A stretch of DNA of 63,795 bases, the filler included, from Octopus bimaculoides (Eukaryota): the NCBI RefSeq assembly GCF_001194135.2. It is 6 parts of 6 records of this genome, joined end to end, with 100 filler letters (N's around TTAATTAATTAA, not from the genome) between each part and the next. Parts side by side here need not be neighbours in the genome. Positions count along the whole stretch, not along the records: positions 35,123 to 60,227 come from NC_068982.1; 5 more parts are not named here. One strand, written 5' to 3'. Positions 37,190 through 49,165 of this stretch are shown in pieces. A program made the translations under genes and the position numbers. The notes beneath the pieces were generated by a model, which was not told the origin of the DNA, searched no databases, and saw nothing but the letters and a program-made list of their open reading frames with translations. The first letter of the stretch is position 1. The number at the start of each line of letters is the position of its first letter.

Positions 37190-37643
37190 GGCGTAGGAGT
37201 GGCTGTGTGGTAAGCAGCTAGGCGTAGGAATGGCTGTGTGGTAAGTAGCTTGCTTACGAACCACATGGTTCCGGGTTCAGTCCCACTGCGTGGCACCTTG
37301 GGCAAGTGTCTTCTACTATAGCCTCGGGCCGACCAATCCCTTATGAGTGGATTTGGTAGACGGAAACTGAAAGAAGCCCGTCGTATATATGTATATATAT
37401 ATATGTATGTGTGTGTATGTGTTTGCGTGTTTGTGTTTGTCCCCCCAACATCGCTTGTCAACCGATGCTGGCGTGTTTACGTCCCGTCACTTAGCGGTTT
37501 GACAAAAGAGACCGATAGAATAAGTACTAGGCTTACAAAGAATAGGTCCTGGGGTCGATTTGCTCGACTAAAGGCGGTGCTCCAGCATGGCCGCAGTCAA
37601 ATGACTGAAACAAGTAAAAAGAGAAAAAGAGTAAAAAAGAGTA
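37190..37643 (+). mobile_element. CORE-like SINE family A, full length with duplicated 5' 30 bp
   Basis: GGCGTAGGAGTGGCTGTGTGGTAAG head, CCTTGGGCAAGTGTCTT, internal microsatellite, tail GGCGGTGCTCCAGCATGGCCGCAGTCAAATGACTGAAAC at 37573-37611. Confidence 0.9.
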
Positions 37644-37847
37644 TAACAAACCGCTGCGTAAAATTAACTTGTTCCATAAAAATAACCGTTTTCATATTTT
37701 TGATACAACAGGGAAGGTCGTTTCTATGCCATTCGATAAAACGAAGTACTAAGCTGGAAGGAGTTGATATCCTCTGGTCTAGAAGTATAAGGTGTATAAG
37801 AGTTGTGGAGCAGCTCGCAGAGAACTTACTCTCAACAGTCGTCGCAT

Positions 37848-37897
<50 letters not shown>

Positions 37898-38445
37898 GGA
37901 GAGAAAGAGAATAACAGTAACTGTCTCTTAGTTTTTGTTTGGTCATTTGGTGCCAAGCAGGAACCGAAGTTGTGTCTCACAAACTAGATTTGCCGGGAAA
38001 TTATTGCCTTCGTTCTATCACGGTGCATGTTAATTTCTAGAGAACTTGACGCATTGAAGTTCACTCCGTAGCCACGTATTTCTGAGTTCGATCTGATAGC
38101 TCATCAACTTGGAAAAATGTCTTGTTCCATAGTTACACGTTAATCAATATTTGTAAGTGAATTTGACGGAAGAAAACTCACAAAAGCAATGCTTTCAGAA
38201 CAAAGTTCATTGATATAATTGTTTTGCACCGAGTTAGAAATACACCCATTTCACTTTCGCCGTCAGAAATGCAATGAGACAGTGACTAGTCTGTTGGAAA
38301 CCAGTAACCGATGATGTTATTTTTTCACCAAATGTGATTAAAAAATAAATGACAATAATCTTATTTCAACATTCTATTTTCATAACTTGTTTATGTTACT
38401 CTCATAGGATCAGTAATAGCTGCAGTAATAACAACAATAGCAGCG

Positions 38446-38508
<63 letters not shown>

Positions 38509-39622
38509 ACAGTAATAGAAGTAGTAATAGAAATAGCAGCAGTGTAGTAGTGTTCTTCTGGCATTAGAATATTGTCGGAATATTGCCTGGCGATTCCTGC
38601 TGTTGTTACTATTGTTGTTTTTATTGTTGTTGCTCTTTAACTCTAATTCAATCTTGGTCGAGTAGACCTACGAACAAAAGAATTCAACTCTTGACCATTC
38701 CATTTTTTTTAAAGGAATAGTATATCCCGGACTAAATTACACAATGGATACTTTTGATAAGGTGTACTTTTGATGGCGATTTCGTTGTTTTATTTCTAGC
38801 AAGTCGAGCGACCATATAGAGGCTAACTCCTTGGCTAGTGTTTCTGTTATTGCCTGTTGCTGGCAATAACTTTTGTTCTTGCTACTACTTCGAAATAGAC
38901 GATGATAAGGTTAACAAATGGTAGAGTTTGTGTCGTAGCTAGCGCTGCTGCTGATAACATTAGACTTTATGAGGAGGACGACAACGATGATGATGATGAC
39001 AACAACGTTGTTATTGTTGTTGATGTAAATGAGTAATAGGACAACAATAATGAACTTCCCGTATACACTTGTATAACGTCTTAACTAGGCAAGCTGGTCG
39101 ACTACTCCAGTTTCCGCAAACATACCCCACCATGCAACCTTCTCTTTTACACTCTGCACATTCCTCTCACCACAACTCGATGCACGCCCATAAGCACTCA
39201 CTATACTCACAGCCGTCGCAACTCCCCCGCCTCCCTGTTTTTCTTTTTTATGTGAACAAACAAACCCTCTTTCGTACTAACATCCTTTCCTTCACTTCAC
39301 TTTACTGATGTATGTATGTATGTATGTATGTATGAATGTGTGTGTGTATGCATGCGTGTATGTATTGCTACTCCCTTTTTCTCAGTGCAGTGAAAATAAG
39401 TTATGCCAGTACAACAGAGTAAAAGAATTAACTACACAAAGTTGATAAAATAAAATAATTATATTGTATAGAATGCTTCTACTAAAGTACTCAATTAGTC
39501 ATGGTTGATTTAAAAATGTCAGAATAATGCAAAACAACTGACAGACAGTTCATTGCTTTAACAAAATAAAGAGAGAAACCATGGCCATATGTGGACTTTA
39601 GAAATTACGTAGTTGTTGCACC

Positions 39623-39975
39623 AGTGGAGGCGCAATGGCCCAGTGGTTAGAGCAGCGGACTCGCGGTCATAGGATCGCGGTTTCGATTCCCAGACCTAAA
39701 AGCTCCACGAGGCTCCGGCAGGGGATGGTGGTGAACCCTGCTGTACTCTTTCACCACAACTTTCTCTCACTCTTTCTTCCTGTTTCTGTTGTGCCTGTAG
39801 TTCAAAGGGTCAGCCTTGTCACACTGTGTCACGCTGAATATCCCCGAGAACTACGTTAAGGGTACACGTGTCTGTGGAGTGCTCAGCCACTTGCACGTTA
39901 ATTTCACGAGCAGGCTGTTCCGTTGATCGGATCAACTGGAACCCTCGACGGCGTAAGCGACGGAGTGCCAACAAC
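39623..39975 (+). mobile_element. tRNA-derived SINE family B with 12-bp TSD
   Basis: A box TGGCCCAGTGG, B box GTTTCGATTCC, tail GCCAACAAC; TSD AGTTGTTGCACC at 39611-39622 and 39976-39987. Confidence 0.9.
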
Positions 39976-40557
39976 AGTTGTTGCACCTGAAGTATAAAAA
40001 ATTTAACAAGAACGAATTTTTAATTAGAGTAGTGTTTCCTAAAACATTTATATAAAAATACGCTAATATTGTCGACGTTATATTTACAACAGTTGTTGGT
40101 TCGACTCCCACAGGCAGCCGTTAATTCTTTCTCGCCAAAGAGGTTTTAAACCTAATATTTTACTCGCTACTATTTATAGCTTTGTGTGCTTCAAGATGTA
40201 CTGTTCCCTAAAAGAATTATTTCAGTCTTTAATGTGTGTATGTATGTATGTGTGTATGTGTGTATGTATGTATGTGTGTATGTATGTATGTGTGTATGTA
40301 AGCATAAACTTGGTAGCTGAATTGATTCACTTGGTCAATAGTGTCTTTTGTAGTTGGCCGTCATTAAAAGGATTTGTGTATCTGATTCTAGTTATCAAGT
40401 TAGATTAAATTGTTTGCAGTGGTTTCACTGTCCTGATTTCTGTAAAATATTTTATTTCTGTTTTAAGAGTCTATATATGCATACATGCGCGGTAGTAGAA
40501 ACTTAGACACCCATACATGTCCGTGCGCAGTTGTGTGTGTGTGTGTGTGTGTATGTA

Positions 40558-41400
40558 AGAGGGGTATCCAAAAGTAACCGGAAACGTTCTCTGTGGGACA
40601 AACCTGTTATAGTTCAGGTTTCTGCCGCTAGAAGCCACTTGATGTAACCCTCAAGCATCAGTCAGGTGACCGGCGTCCTTGGGTGAAGTAGTACTGTGAC
40701 GTGGTGCAACCGTGCTTCCGTGAAATTATGTTTGCTGCTGAGGAAAAAGGCGGTCGAGACAGCTGTCATGTTTCAAACAGTTTGCAAGGCCGTTGCCATG
40801 AGCAAAACACAAGTTTACAGGTGGTTTCTATGCCTCAGGAACGATCACTTGTCGCTTGAGGACCAGCCTCGTTCAAGGCGTCCGTCGACCTTCCGAACGA
40901 ATGGGAACATCATGAAAATTCATGAACTGATCTTGGAGCACCGTCACCGAACAATTGACGAACTTGTTGATATGACTGGTGTATCATGAAGCTTTTGCTA
41001 ACGAATTTTGAGCGAGGAATTGCGAATGACAGCAAAATTTGTGCCTCGCTTGCTCACGGAAAATCAAAAGCAGTCACGACTGAATACGTGTCATGAACTG
41101 AAAGAACAGTTGTAAGTTGATCCGAACCTTTTTTCGAAGGTCATCACTGGTAACGAAAGCTGGTGCTACGGAATTTGCAGACGTGGAAGAGGTGAAGAAA
41201 AAAATGACGTAGGCGTTAAAAGGCATCATTTTGCAAGAGTTCCAGGACTGCTTCGAACAGTGGAAAACGCGTCTGGACCGATGCATTGCATCAAATGAAG
41301 AATATTTCGAAGGCAATAAAAATATTAACATGTAAAACTAAGTGAATAAAATAACGTTGCAAAATTCCATTTTTTTTTTGGGGGGGGGGGTATCCCCTCG
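40558..41400 (+). mobile_element. Mariner, internally deleted, both ends present
   Basis: TA|AGAGGGGTATCC...TATCCCCTCG|TA; peptides DQPRSRRPST, KFVPRLLTENQK, KVITGNESWCY joined to a C-terminal WKTRLDRCIASNEEYFEG; most of the DD34D domain is deleted. Confidence 0.9.
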
Positions 41401-41935
41401 TATGTGTGTGCGTGTAATTCTTACTTCATCCACTACCTCTTTACATCAAACCATATACACTACCCACCAGACTATTCAAGAAGCCAAGTCTAAAATTCCG
41501 TGCTTATAGACATACAATGTATCAAGGGCATTATTGACAGTTTAAGAGACTTAACCTATCTTTCTGAAAACGTGAATTACCTCCTCTCCTACATATTTAC
41601 ACACTCCCCCTAAATACCAGACACTATCGTGGATTTCTGAAAATTACCTGCAGCCACATTTCTTTAGCAGCCTTTTGATTACTGACGAGAAAAACAAGCT
41701 TCGTTTTATACTAAATCAAGCAAATTTTTGTCCTCCTATGAAACTTAAGTTACTGCAAAAATCTCCTTTAATTTATAAAGACCACACACACACACACATA
41801 CAAATATATTCAACTTAACATGAATGCAGTGTTAGAACGACGAATATTGCAGTATTCGCATTGAAAAGTCCTCTCATATAGGCGTACGATACTAAGAGCA
41901 CAGACGAGAACCGTCTTGCATGGGTGCTGGAACTA

Positions 41936-42087
41936 TCAGATCACGTGATTTCGGCGTATTGTGCTTCTTCAGTTGCTGAAAAGACTCTATTATTCTGAAT
42001 ATCATCGACAGTGAGATTTAGCTGGTATGCAGTGTACTGGACGCCTGCCACGGAAGAAGCTCAGTACGCTGAAATCACGTGAACTGA
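41936..42087. repeat. Inverted pair of degenerate minimal hammerhead-like motifs
   Basis: 41939-41976 vs 42047-42084 (6 mismatches in 38 bp). Outward reading C(T/G)GAAGA-AGC-N7-GC(C/T)-GAA-ATCACGTGA(T/A)-C. Confidence 0.6.
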
Positions 42088-42099
42088 GGATGACACAAA

Positions 42100-42365
42100 T
42101 CTACGCTTCAACAGCAAACACTAATGGTGAATTCATTGAAAAATTCCTCAAAGAACTTCAAAATGTTATCAACTAAGTGCCCAATAAGGATATAATTAGA
42201 GTGACCGGAATGCCAAGATGGAGAGGATGTACAAGATGACCTAGAGAAGTGGATTTTATTGCACTTTATGCAATGACACCTTTAATGGGGGACTGCATCG
42301 ATTGAAGTTTCTCCTTTATAACACCATGGTGCTGTCAGCTACCCTTTATAGGCACAAAACATCCG
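42100..42365 (+). mobile_element. RTE-type LINE APE fragment
   Basis: YASTANTNGEFIEKFLKELQNVIN*VPNKDII...RNAKM...RLKFLLYNTMVLSATLYRHK. Confidence 0.65.
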
Positions 42366-42898
42366 TAATTGGTTTTGGTAAGGTATCCAGCAAACCACCC
42401 TATCAAATCTGGCATAAATTAATACAAAACTTGGTACAAAACTTGAGTAAAAATGCAGAAAACTTGAACGTTCACTCGAGTAACTGTAGGTAGTGACTAT
42501 ATCCTTTTCTTGATGAACATCGTGCGATCGGGGAGAATCAATGAACGAATAAAAACTGAGATTTTTCGCCTCATAAATGTGAAACACCTTGCTATACTTG
42601 AAGTATTTCCGGCAATACATGAAGGGAACTTTCACTTCTTTTCTTCCCGAATTATATGGTAAAGATGTGCAATGCTATGGGCTATTACACTTTGCGTATG
42701 ATTTTATATTTTTAGTCACTTTGCGACAACGGATTTGCCGTTTCTAGTAATAATAGTTCCATAATATAATAAATATATTATGGAACAACATAACCAAACC
42801 CTTTAGAATCTTAGGACTAAAAATGCCAATAACAACAAAACTCACCGTAGTCAATATCTGAGACGTGACCTTCGTACACTCGAATGAAGGCACACACA

Positions 42899-43006
<108 letters not shown>

Positions 43007-43101
43007 TTTATCAACGCATAAAAGCACTCGTATGTTTATAAATAGCTATATGCAAGCATATGTATGTACATGTGTGTAAGTATGCGTTGTTGATTTTCTA
43101 C

Positions 43102-43266
43102 TGGCCAGTGTCTCATTGGCCAGTGTCTCATTGGCCAGTGTCTCATTGGCCAGTGCCTCATTGGCCAGTGTCTCATTGGCCAGTGTCTCATTGGCCAGTG
43201 TCTCATTGGCCAGTGTCTCATTGGCCAGTGTCTCATTGGCCAGTGTCTCATTGGCCAATGTCTAAT
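43102..43266. repeat. 15-bp minisatellite, 11 copies
   Basis: Unit TGGCCAGTGTCTCAT; one unit has a T>C change and the last unit is degenerate (TGGCCAATGTCTAAT). Confidence 0.95.
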
Positions 43267-43275
43267 ATAATAGAA

Positions 43276-43495
43276 GAGGGTGACGAGCTGGCAGAAGCGT
43301 TTATCCCGCTGGTCGAAATAGTTAACGGCATTTCGTCCGTCTTCACATTCTGAGTTCAAATTATTCCACCGAAACCGACCTTGCCTTTCAGCCTTTCGGG
43401 GTCAATAAAATAAGTACTAGTTTAGTACTGGGGTGGATGAAATTGACTTACTCCTTCTCCTAAATTTACTCGCTGTGTACCAAAATTTGAAATCG
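43276..43495 (+). mobile_element. SINE family C
   Basis: GGTGACGAGCTGGCAGAA...TTCTGAGTTCAAATT...TTGCCTTTCAGCCTTTCGGGGTCAATAAAATAAGTAC. Confidence 0.75.
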
Positions 43496-44530
43496 ATATT
43501 ATAATAGTAGTATGTTACCCGTCATATGGCCGAAAATTTGGAAGTACACTTTTGCCACCATAAGTAATATCAAAAAGTATATCATATATATAATACTTAT
43601 AATTTAACAGTGATCAAATTCCTGGGTGTTTAAACAGAAACGATGAAATGGGAACTAATTTTCAAAAGAAAAAATATTGCCATAAAGTAAAATTAAGCAA
43701 AGTAAATTTCTCTCCTATAAATATTGTTATATATTTCGCCTCTTTCTTCTTTTCCTCTCCTCTTCCTTCTTCCCTTCTCCACTTTGTATCTGCTATCTTT
43801 ATGGTTCTCTCTCCTCATTCTCTGTATGTGTCTAAGTAACGTTCATTCTGCAGGATGTAATGCGTGACTGGAGAACCGACATTTGTGTTAGCTATACATT
43901 CATAGTTTCACATCTTTGAATATATATATANNNNNNNNNNNNNATATATATATTCAAAGATATATATATATATATATATATATATACTATGTACTATATG
44001 TATACACACATACAGGTATATAGAAAATAAAATGGTTGTAAGCAAGATATATTGTTCATAAACAAGTCATTAAAATATTACTATCCACAAAGTTATATCG
44101 TATCGATATATTGTTACATTGAGACACATACGAATGTACACCAACACACAAACACTGCCCTTTCCCACATGTACACACGCATACATATATAATAAGGACA
44201 TTTTTTTTCTCGATCAATCATTGTTGACTCCAGTGTGTCTCTTTTGAGATGATAGAGACAAATGTTTCCTACAATATCTTCTTTTCTTTCTCCATCGATC
44301 TAATGAGTTGATTGAGTTAGTGAAACATTACCTAATTACATAAAACCGATAGGTCGATAAACTAAGAAACTGAAATCTATGGCATCAACTGGCCTTTATA
44401 ATTACAGCATTACCATTATCAAGGAATGTCTGTAATAAACGCAGTTCAGTGAAAAGTAACACTGGGTAATTAAGACCACCAATAAACAAGAAAACAATGA
44501 AAAGGAAAATCTTTTGTAGTACAAGTACCG

Positions 44531-44581
<51 letters not shown>

Positions 44582-45072
44582 ATTGCTTCTTGGCTATAAA
44601 GCCCGAGAGGAAATCAGAATTAGATAATAAAAAATGGCTGCAATAAATATTGCTTAAATATTGCTTTCTTACTGAGACAGAGAGTCGCTAATTAGAAAGG
44701 AAATTAGAATGTGTAAAGCAAATGCCTTCCGTGAGCGCATTTGTCTCGCTAATGATTCGTTAACTGTATATCGCAACCAGCTTTCGGACTTAGTTCGTCA
44801 TGTACTTACTTCCTACTATACGGTGTTTACGTATTCCATGTAATAGATTTGCTTTGAAAAGTAAAAAAAGTTTGTGTTTGTAGACGTAAAGTATAGAGAC
44901 TGATTCGATCTTAATCAATTAAATCGATTAAATTTCTACTGAGCTAATTTGGAAACTCAGACGTAAATATTTTCATAATGTAAGGTAGACAATTCGCTGC
45001 TTTACTACGTGCATTAACTTACATCGCAAATAAAATATTGCTTTTTTGTTGATATTCATAGCAGACGAAAAC

Positions 45073-45112
45073 ATGGAGCAGGCTCTAGATGATGGATTGA
45101 TCTCAGTATATG
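45073..45112 (+). CDS. Candidate 40-nt first coding exon of HSPA12 (MEQALDDGLISVY+G)
   Basis: AAAACATGG is a good Kozak context. A phase-1 donor ATG|GTTGGA (weak) matches the phase-1 acceptor 168 nt downstream. Inference only. Confidence 0.3.
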
Positions 45113-45280
45113 GTTGGAGTTTATTATATCGACAATGGATTAATAAAAACAAAATTAGTTCCAAACGGTTTAGAGCAAGAGTAATGACCTAAACATTTTA
45201 AAGTATCCTGATACTTTTGCCCCTCATTACTTTTCAAGAATTAAATATTAAAAAATTATCCAAATTTTTTTTTTTTTCAG

Positions 45281-46167
45281 ATACACAGTTCAAACTTTCG
45301 ACCGACAACAATCGTGAACAGAAACAAAGACTCTTACATGAATACGGCATTGATCTCCGTGGAAGAGAAGTAGTTTTAGAAGCAAACCGTTCAGATTTCG
45401 CCCCAGAAGTTCGTAATACATTACGTGTTAAGCAAGATACAATAACACGTGAAATACACAAGAAAAAGTCCGAAGACGTCTACAACATAGACGATCATCG
45501 TCCAGATATCAAAGTAGACCTGACACCAAATGTAGAGAATTTCCCGGTTTATGAATATAACCTAGCTTCTGAGGCTCATTACACAGAGTCAAAGATTAAC
45601 ACCAAGAAGCCTAAAAAACTTCACGAAAGTCAAGTCGATAAAAGAAACAACGGTGACAACTCCGGTTTCTCTAGGAAGAACGTGAAAAATCTTTCCATCG
45701 AAATCATGGGTGTTTCTACAGACTCTTTAGAATTCCAAGGAGAAACTCCTCTTGGCGACTACTATGGCCAATCAAGTTCCGATGTCACTCCTAAAACAAC
45801 GACAATTCACAGAGATTACAATGATCCCAACCTCTCCCTGGTCGGTTCCGAATGTCCTGCCATATCGGTTCTTGGAGATACTGGAAATTATTTTGTTATA
45901 GTTGCTATTGATTTTGGTACCATGTTTAGTGGTTATGCCTTCAGTTTTACACGTGATCCTGAGAGCATTCATATGATGCGCAAATGGGAAGGTGGTGACC
46001 CAGGCATCAACAACCAAAAGGCTCCAACGACAATATTAATAAATCCTAATGGAGAATTTGACTCGTTTGGTTACGCAGCCAGAGATCGATACCACGACCT
46101 GGACCCCGAAGAAGCTAAAGAATATATGTACTTTGAGAAATTTAAGATGACACTCCACCATAATGCT
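45281..46167 (+). CDS. HSPA12: Coding exon of an HSPA12-family atypical Hsp70 (N-terminal extension plus start of the nucleotide-binding domain)
   Basis: Acceptor (T)13CAG at 45280 (phase 1) and donor GCT|GTAAGT at 46168 (phase 0); open frame throughout. [46 protein letters not shown]...[18 protein letters not shown]...FEKFKMTLH closely follows HSPA12A/B as I recall them. A vs B cannot be assigned. Confidence 0.92.
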
Positions 46168-46221
46168 GTAAGTAAAATTTTGTAAAATTTCATATTTCTT
46201 TAGCATATTAAAAGATCATGC

Positions 46222-46336
<115 letters not shown>

Positions 46337-47384
46337 GTGCGTTTATACCTTAATATAGATATATTGGATTGGATCCAGATCAATATATATGTATATGTAT
46401 CAATATGTGTGCGTGTGTGTGAGTGTGTGTGCGTGTGTGTGAGTGTGTGTGCGTGTGTGTGCGTGTAATTCTACTTAACAAAACAGCCCCGTTGTTATTA
46501 TTGTTTAGCCCCATATCAACCCTGAATGTGTAGACCTTTGAGCAAAAATGCTCCAGCCATGACAATTCCATCTTTTTTCAAATATATTAATACTACATTA
46601 TCCATTGCAGCCTTATATGTCATCTGTTTAATGACAGTAGGGTATGGCTTAATGAAAATTTGGCTGTTATTTCTAACAACTCAGATAACCAGTTAAAGAT
46701 TCCTTCATTGGCACGCAATGTTTTGAGAGTGAAAAGAATGATGGATTCCGTTTTTCCTTACTTTTACTAACGGTATTAGAAGTGTAAGTGAAATAAAATG
46801 ATCTCAAACAAGGATTGAAACTAAATCGCAGTTTCGAATTTCTGTTTTGTTTCCAGTATTGTTTACAACGTATTAAAGGGTGCTATATCGTGAATGTCAT
46901 TAAAGCTTATCGCATAGGTATACCGTCAGGCTTTCAGTGAAATATTTTTTTGTCAAGCGATAACGCAATCCGAATGTTGTGTCTCTCAAAATCTCTAACA
47001 CCATCTGAGACTTGTTCAAGCTGTAACCAAATAAGTCTTAAACTAAACTAAAGAATTTTAAATGCTAAACAATCGGTAGTATGAGAAGGAAGAAACAATT
47101 CGTCCAAATGTGAACATTGCTTGTAATGTAATTACTACTATGTTTTCAAGATTTCGAATTGAATATAAATCAAATTATCCCCTTCAAGATTGATTGTAGT
47201 TGATATTCAGTTATCGATAGTATCATTGATAGAATCGTTAGAACGTCAGACAAAATGCTTTTGGTTCTTTACGTTCTGAGTTCAAAACCTCCCGAGATTA
47301 ACTTTGCCTTTCATCCTTCGGAATCGATAAAATAAAGTACCTGTCACTACTGAGATCAATGTACTGACACACACATACACACAT

Positions 47385-47771
47385 GTTGTTGTTGGCACTC
47401 CGTCGCTTACGACGTCGAGGATTCCAGTTGATCCGATCGACGGAACAGCCTGCTCATGAAATTAACGTGCAAGTGGCTGAGAATTCCACAGACACGTGTA
47501 CCCTTAACGTAGTTCTCGGGGATGTTCAGCGTGACACAGTGTGACAAGGCTGACCCTTTGAATTACAGGCACAAAAGAAACAGGAAGTAAGAGTGAGAGA
47601 AAGTTGTGGTGAAAGAGTACAGCAGGGTTCGCCACCATCCCCTGCCGGAGCCTCGAGGAGCTTTAGGTGTTTTCGCTCAATAAACACTCACAACGCCTGG
47701 TCTGGGAATCGAAACCGTGATCCTATGACCGCGAGTCCGCTGCCCTAACCACTGGGCCATTGCGCCTCCAC
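47385..47771 (-). mobile_element. tRNA-derived SINE family B, full length, in the HSPA12 intron
   Basis: Reverse complement of the family B sequence, including the 33-bp segment missing from 39623-39975. Confidence 0.9.
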
Positions 47772-48519
47772 ATACATACATACATACATACATACAATTG
47801 TAAATAGATAAACACATATCTTACCTATCATAAAGTTTTGCATTCAATAGAACAGTCAGTCCATGATATTCCCTAGTTTCCCAGTTTGTTTCTGTACAAT
47901 ATGGCTATATAATATTTCTGTTAATCATTAAAATATTGCTGTTGTGGAAAATTGGTTAAGCAAGGTATGATAATATCCTATAAGGTTTTTGTAATCTTTA
48001 TTGTAAGACACATGGTAGTTTGTAATTAATTAGTGAAAGTGCTCAAAGCTTTTTGAGGAAATTTTGAGGAAGTATGTGAAGTTGGATGTGTGTGGTCATG
48101 CGTTTAAATATAGCAGTTCTAGCTATATTAAGTTCTTTGTGTGTTCTATGGATGGTAAAGTTGTACAGAGAATAAGTATGGTGATTCAATAAACATATTG
48201 TTATCAGTAACATATATCCTCTCAATCTGTATTGTACCCAGTACCCAAATCTCAGCTCTCACCTGTTCAATTCACAGAGTTGTAAACAACAACAGCAGTA
48301 GCACTATATAATTGATGACTGTTCTGTTAGGTGGCCAAACTGGGTTCAGTTTTCTACCTCCGGGAATATAACTTTAAACAATCGCTCTCCCAACCTTTTC
48401 AAGAGGACAAAAATAATATTAATGGCATCGGATATCTTGAAAGTACATGAATTGTTTCAGGGAGATAATCGCTCAGTCAGCAGTTATATTTACGTAAATC
48501 AAATTTAAAATGTTTCTCA

Positions 48520-48676
48520 GGCATGGTTGTGTGGTAAGAAGCTTGCTTTCCAACCACATGGTTCCACGTTCTATCCCACTATGTGCTATCTTGAGCAAGT
48601 GTCTTCTACTATAGCCTCGGTCCGACCAAAGCCTTGTGAGTGGGTTTGGTAGAAGGAAACTGTAAGAAACCCGTCG
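48520..48676 (+). mobile_element. CORE-like SINE family A, head half ending in (TA)n and a gap
   Basis: GGCATGGTTGTGTGGTAAG...CTTGAGCAAGTGTCTTCTACTATAGCC...CCCGTCG(TA)n. Confidence 0.85.
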
Positions 48677-48740
48677 TATATATATATATATATATNNNNN
48701 NNNNNNNNNNNNNNNNNNNNNNNNNNNNNNNNNNNNNNNN

Positions 48741-48978
48741 GCTCACGTAGTGGTTAAGAGCGCGGGCTAACAACCCCAAAATTCTGAGTTCGATTCCAGG
48801 AAGTGACCTGAATAATAATAATAATAATAATAATAACATCGAAAAATACCTTAGGAACGAGAACCCAGGTTCGAAATTTCCCCAAGGTACCTGATAAAGG
48901 CTGGAGGGTATATCAGCCGAAACGTGTTAACAACAAACAAGATGAGGACAAATATCTGTCAAATGTAAATAATGTAAA
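48741..48978 (+). mobile_element. tRNA-head/hammerhead SINE-like element
   Basis: A-box-like CGTAGTGGTTAAG, B box GAGTTCGATTCC, (AAT)n linker, then a mutated HHR (CTGATAA, 3-nt deletion after GAAACGT) and tail. Confidence 0.75.
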
Positions 48979-49165
48979 TCATGTCGATTCATTGAAATTT
49001 AAAAAAATCTTCATGGTGGTGCCCCAGCATGGCCGCAGTCTAATGACTGAAACAAATAAAAGATAAATGTATCTGTTTGATCAGGACCTTGACCGTGTAG
49101 TAAATATTTTTCGTTTAATATACTGTTTTTATTCATACGCTGGACATTCGTTCTACGAGAATATT

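Noticed and set aside
43036-43359. ANETL / WPVSH / HWPMR repeat proteins
   Set aside because: These are three readings of one 15-bp minisatellite; nothing supports an exon.
43903-43961. Inverted repeat ATCTTTGAA(TA)n-N13-(AT)nTTCAAAGAT
   Set aside because: It is short and straddles a gap, so a fold-back contig-end artefact cannot be excluded.
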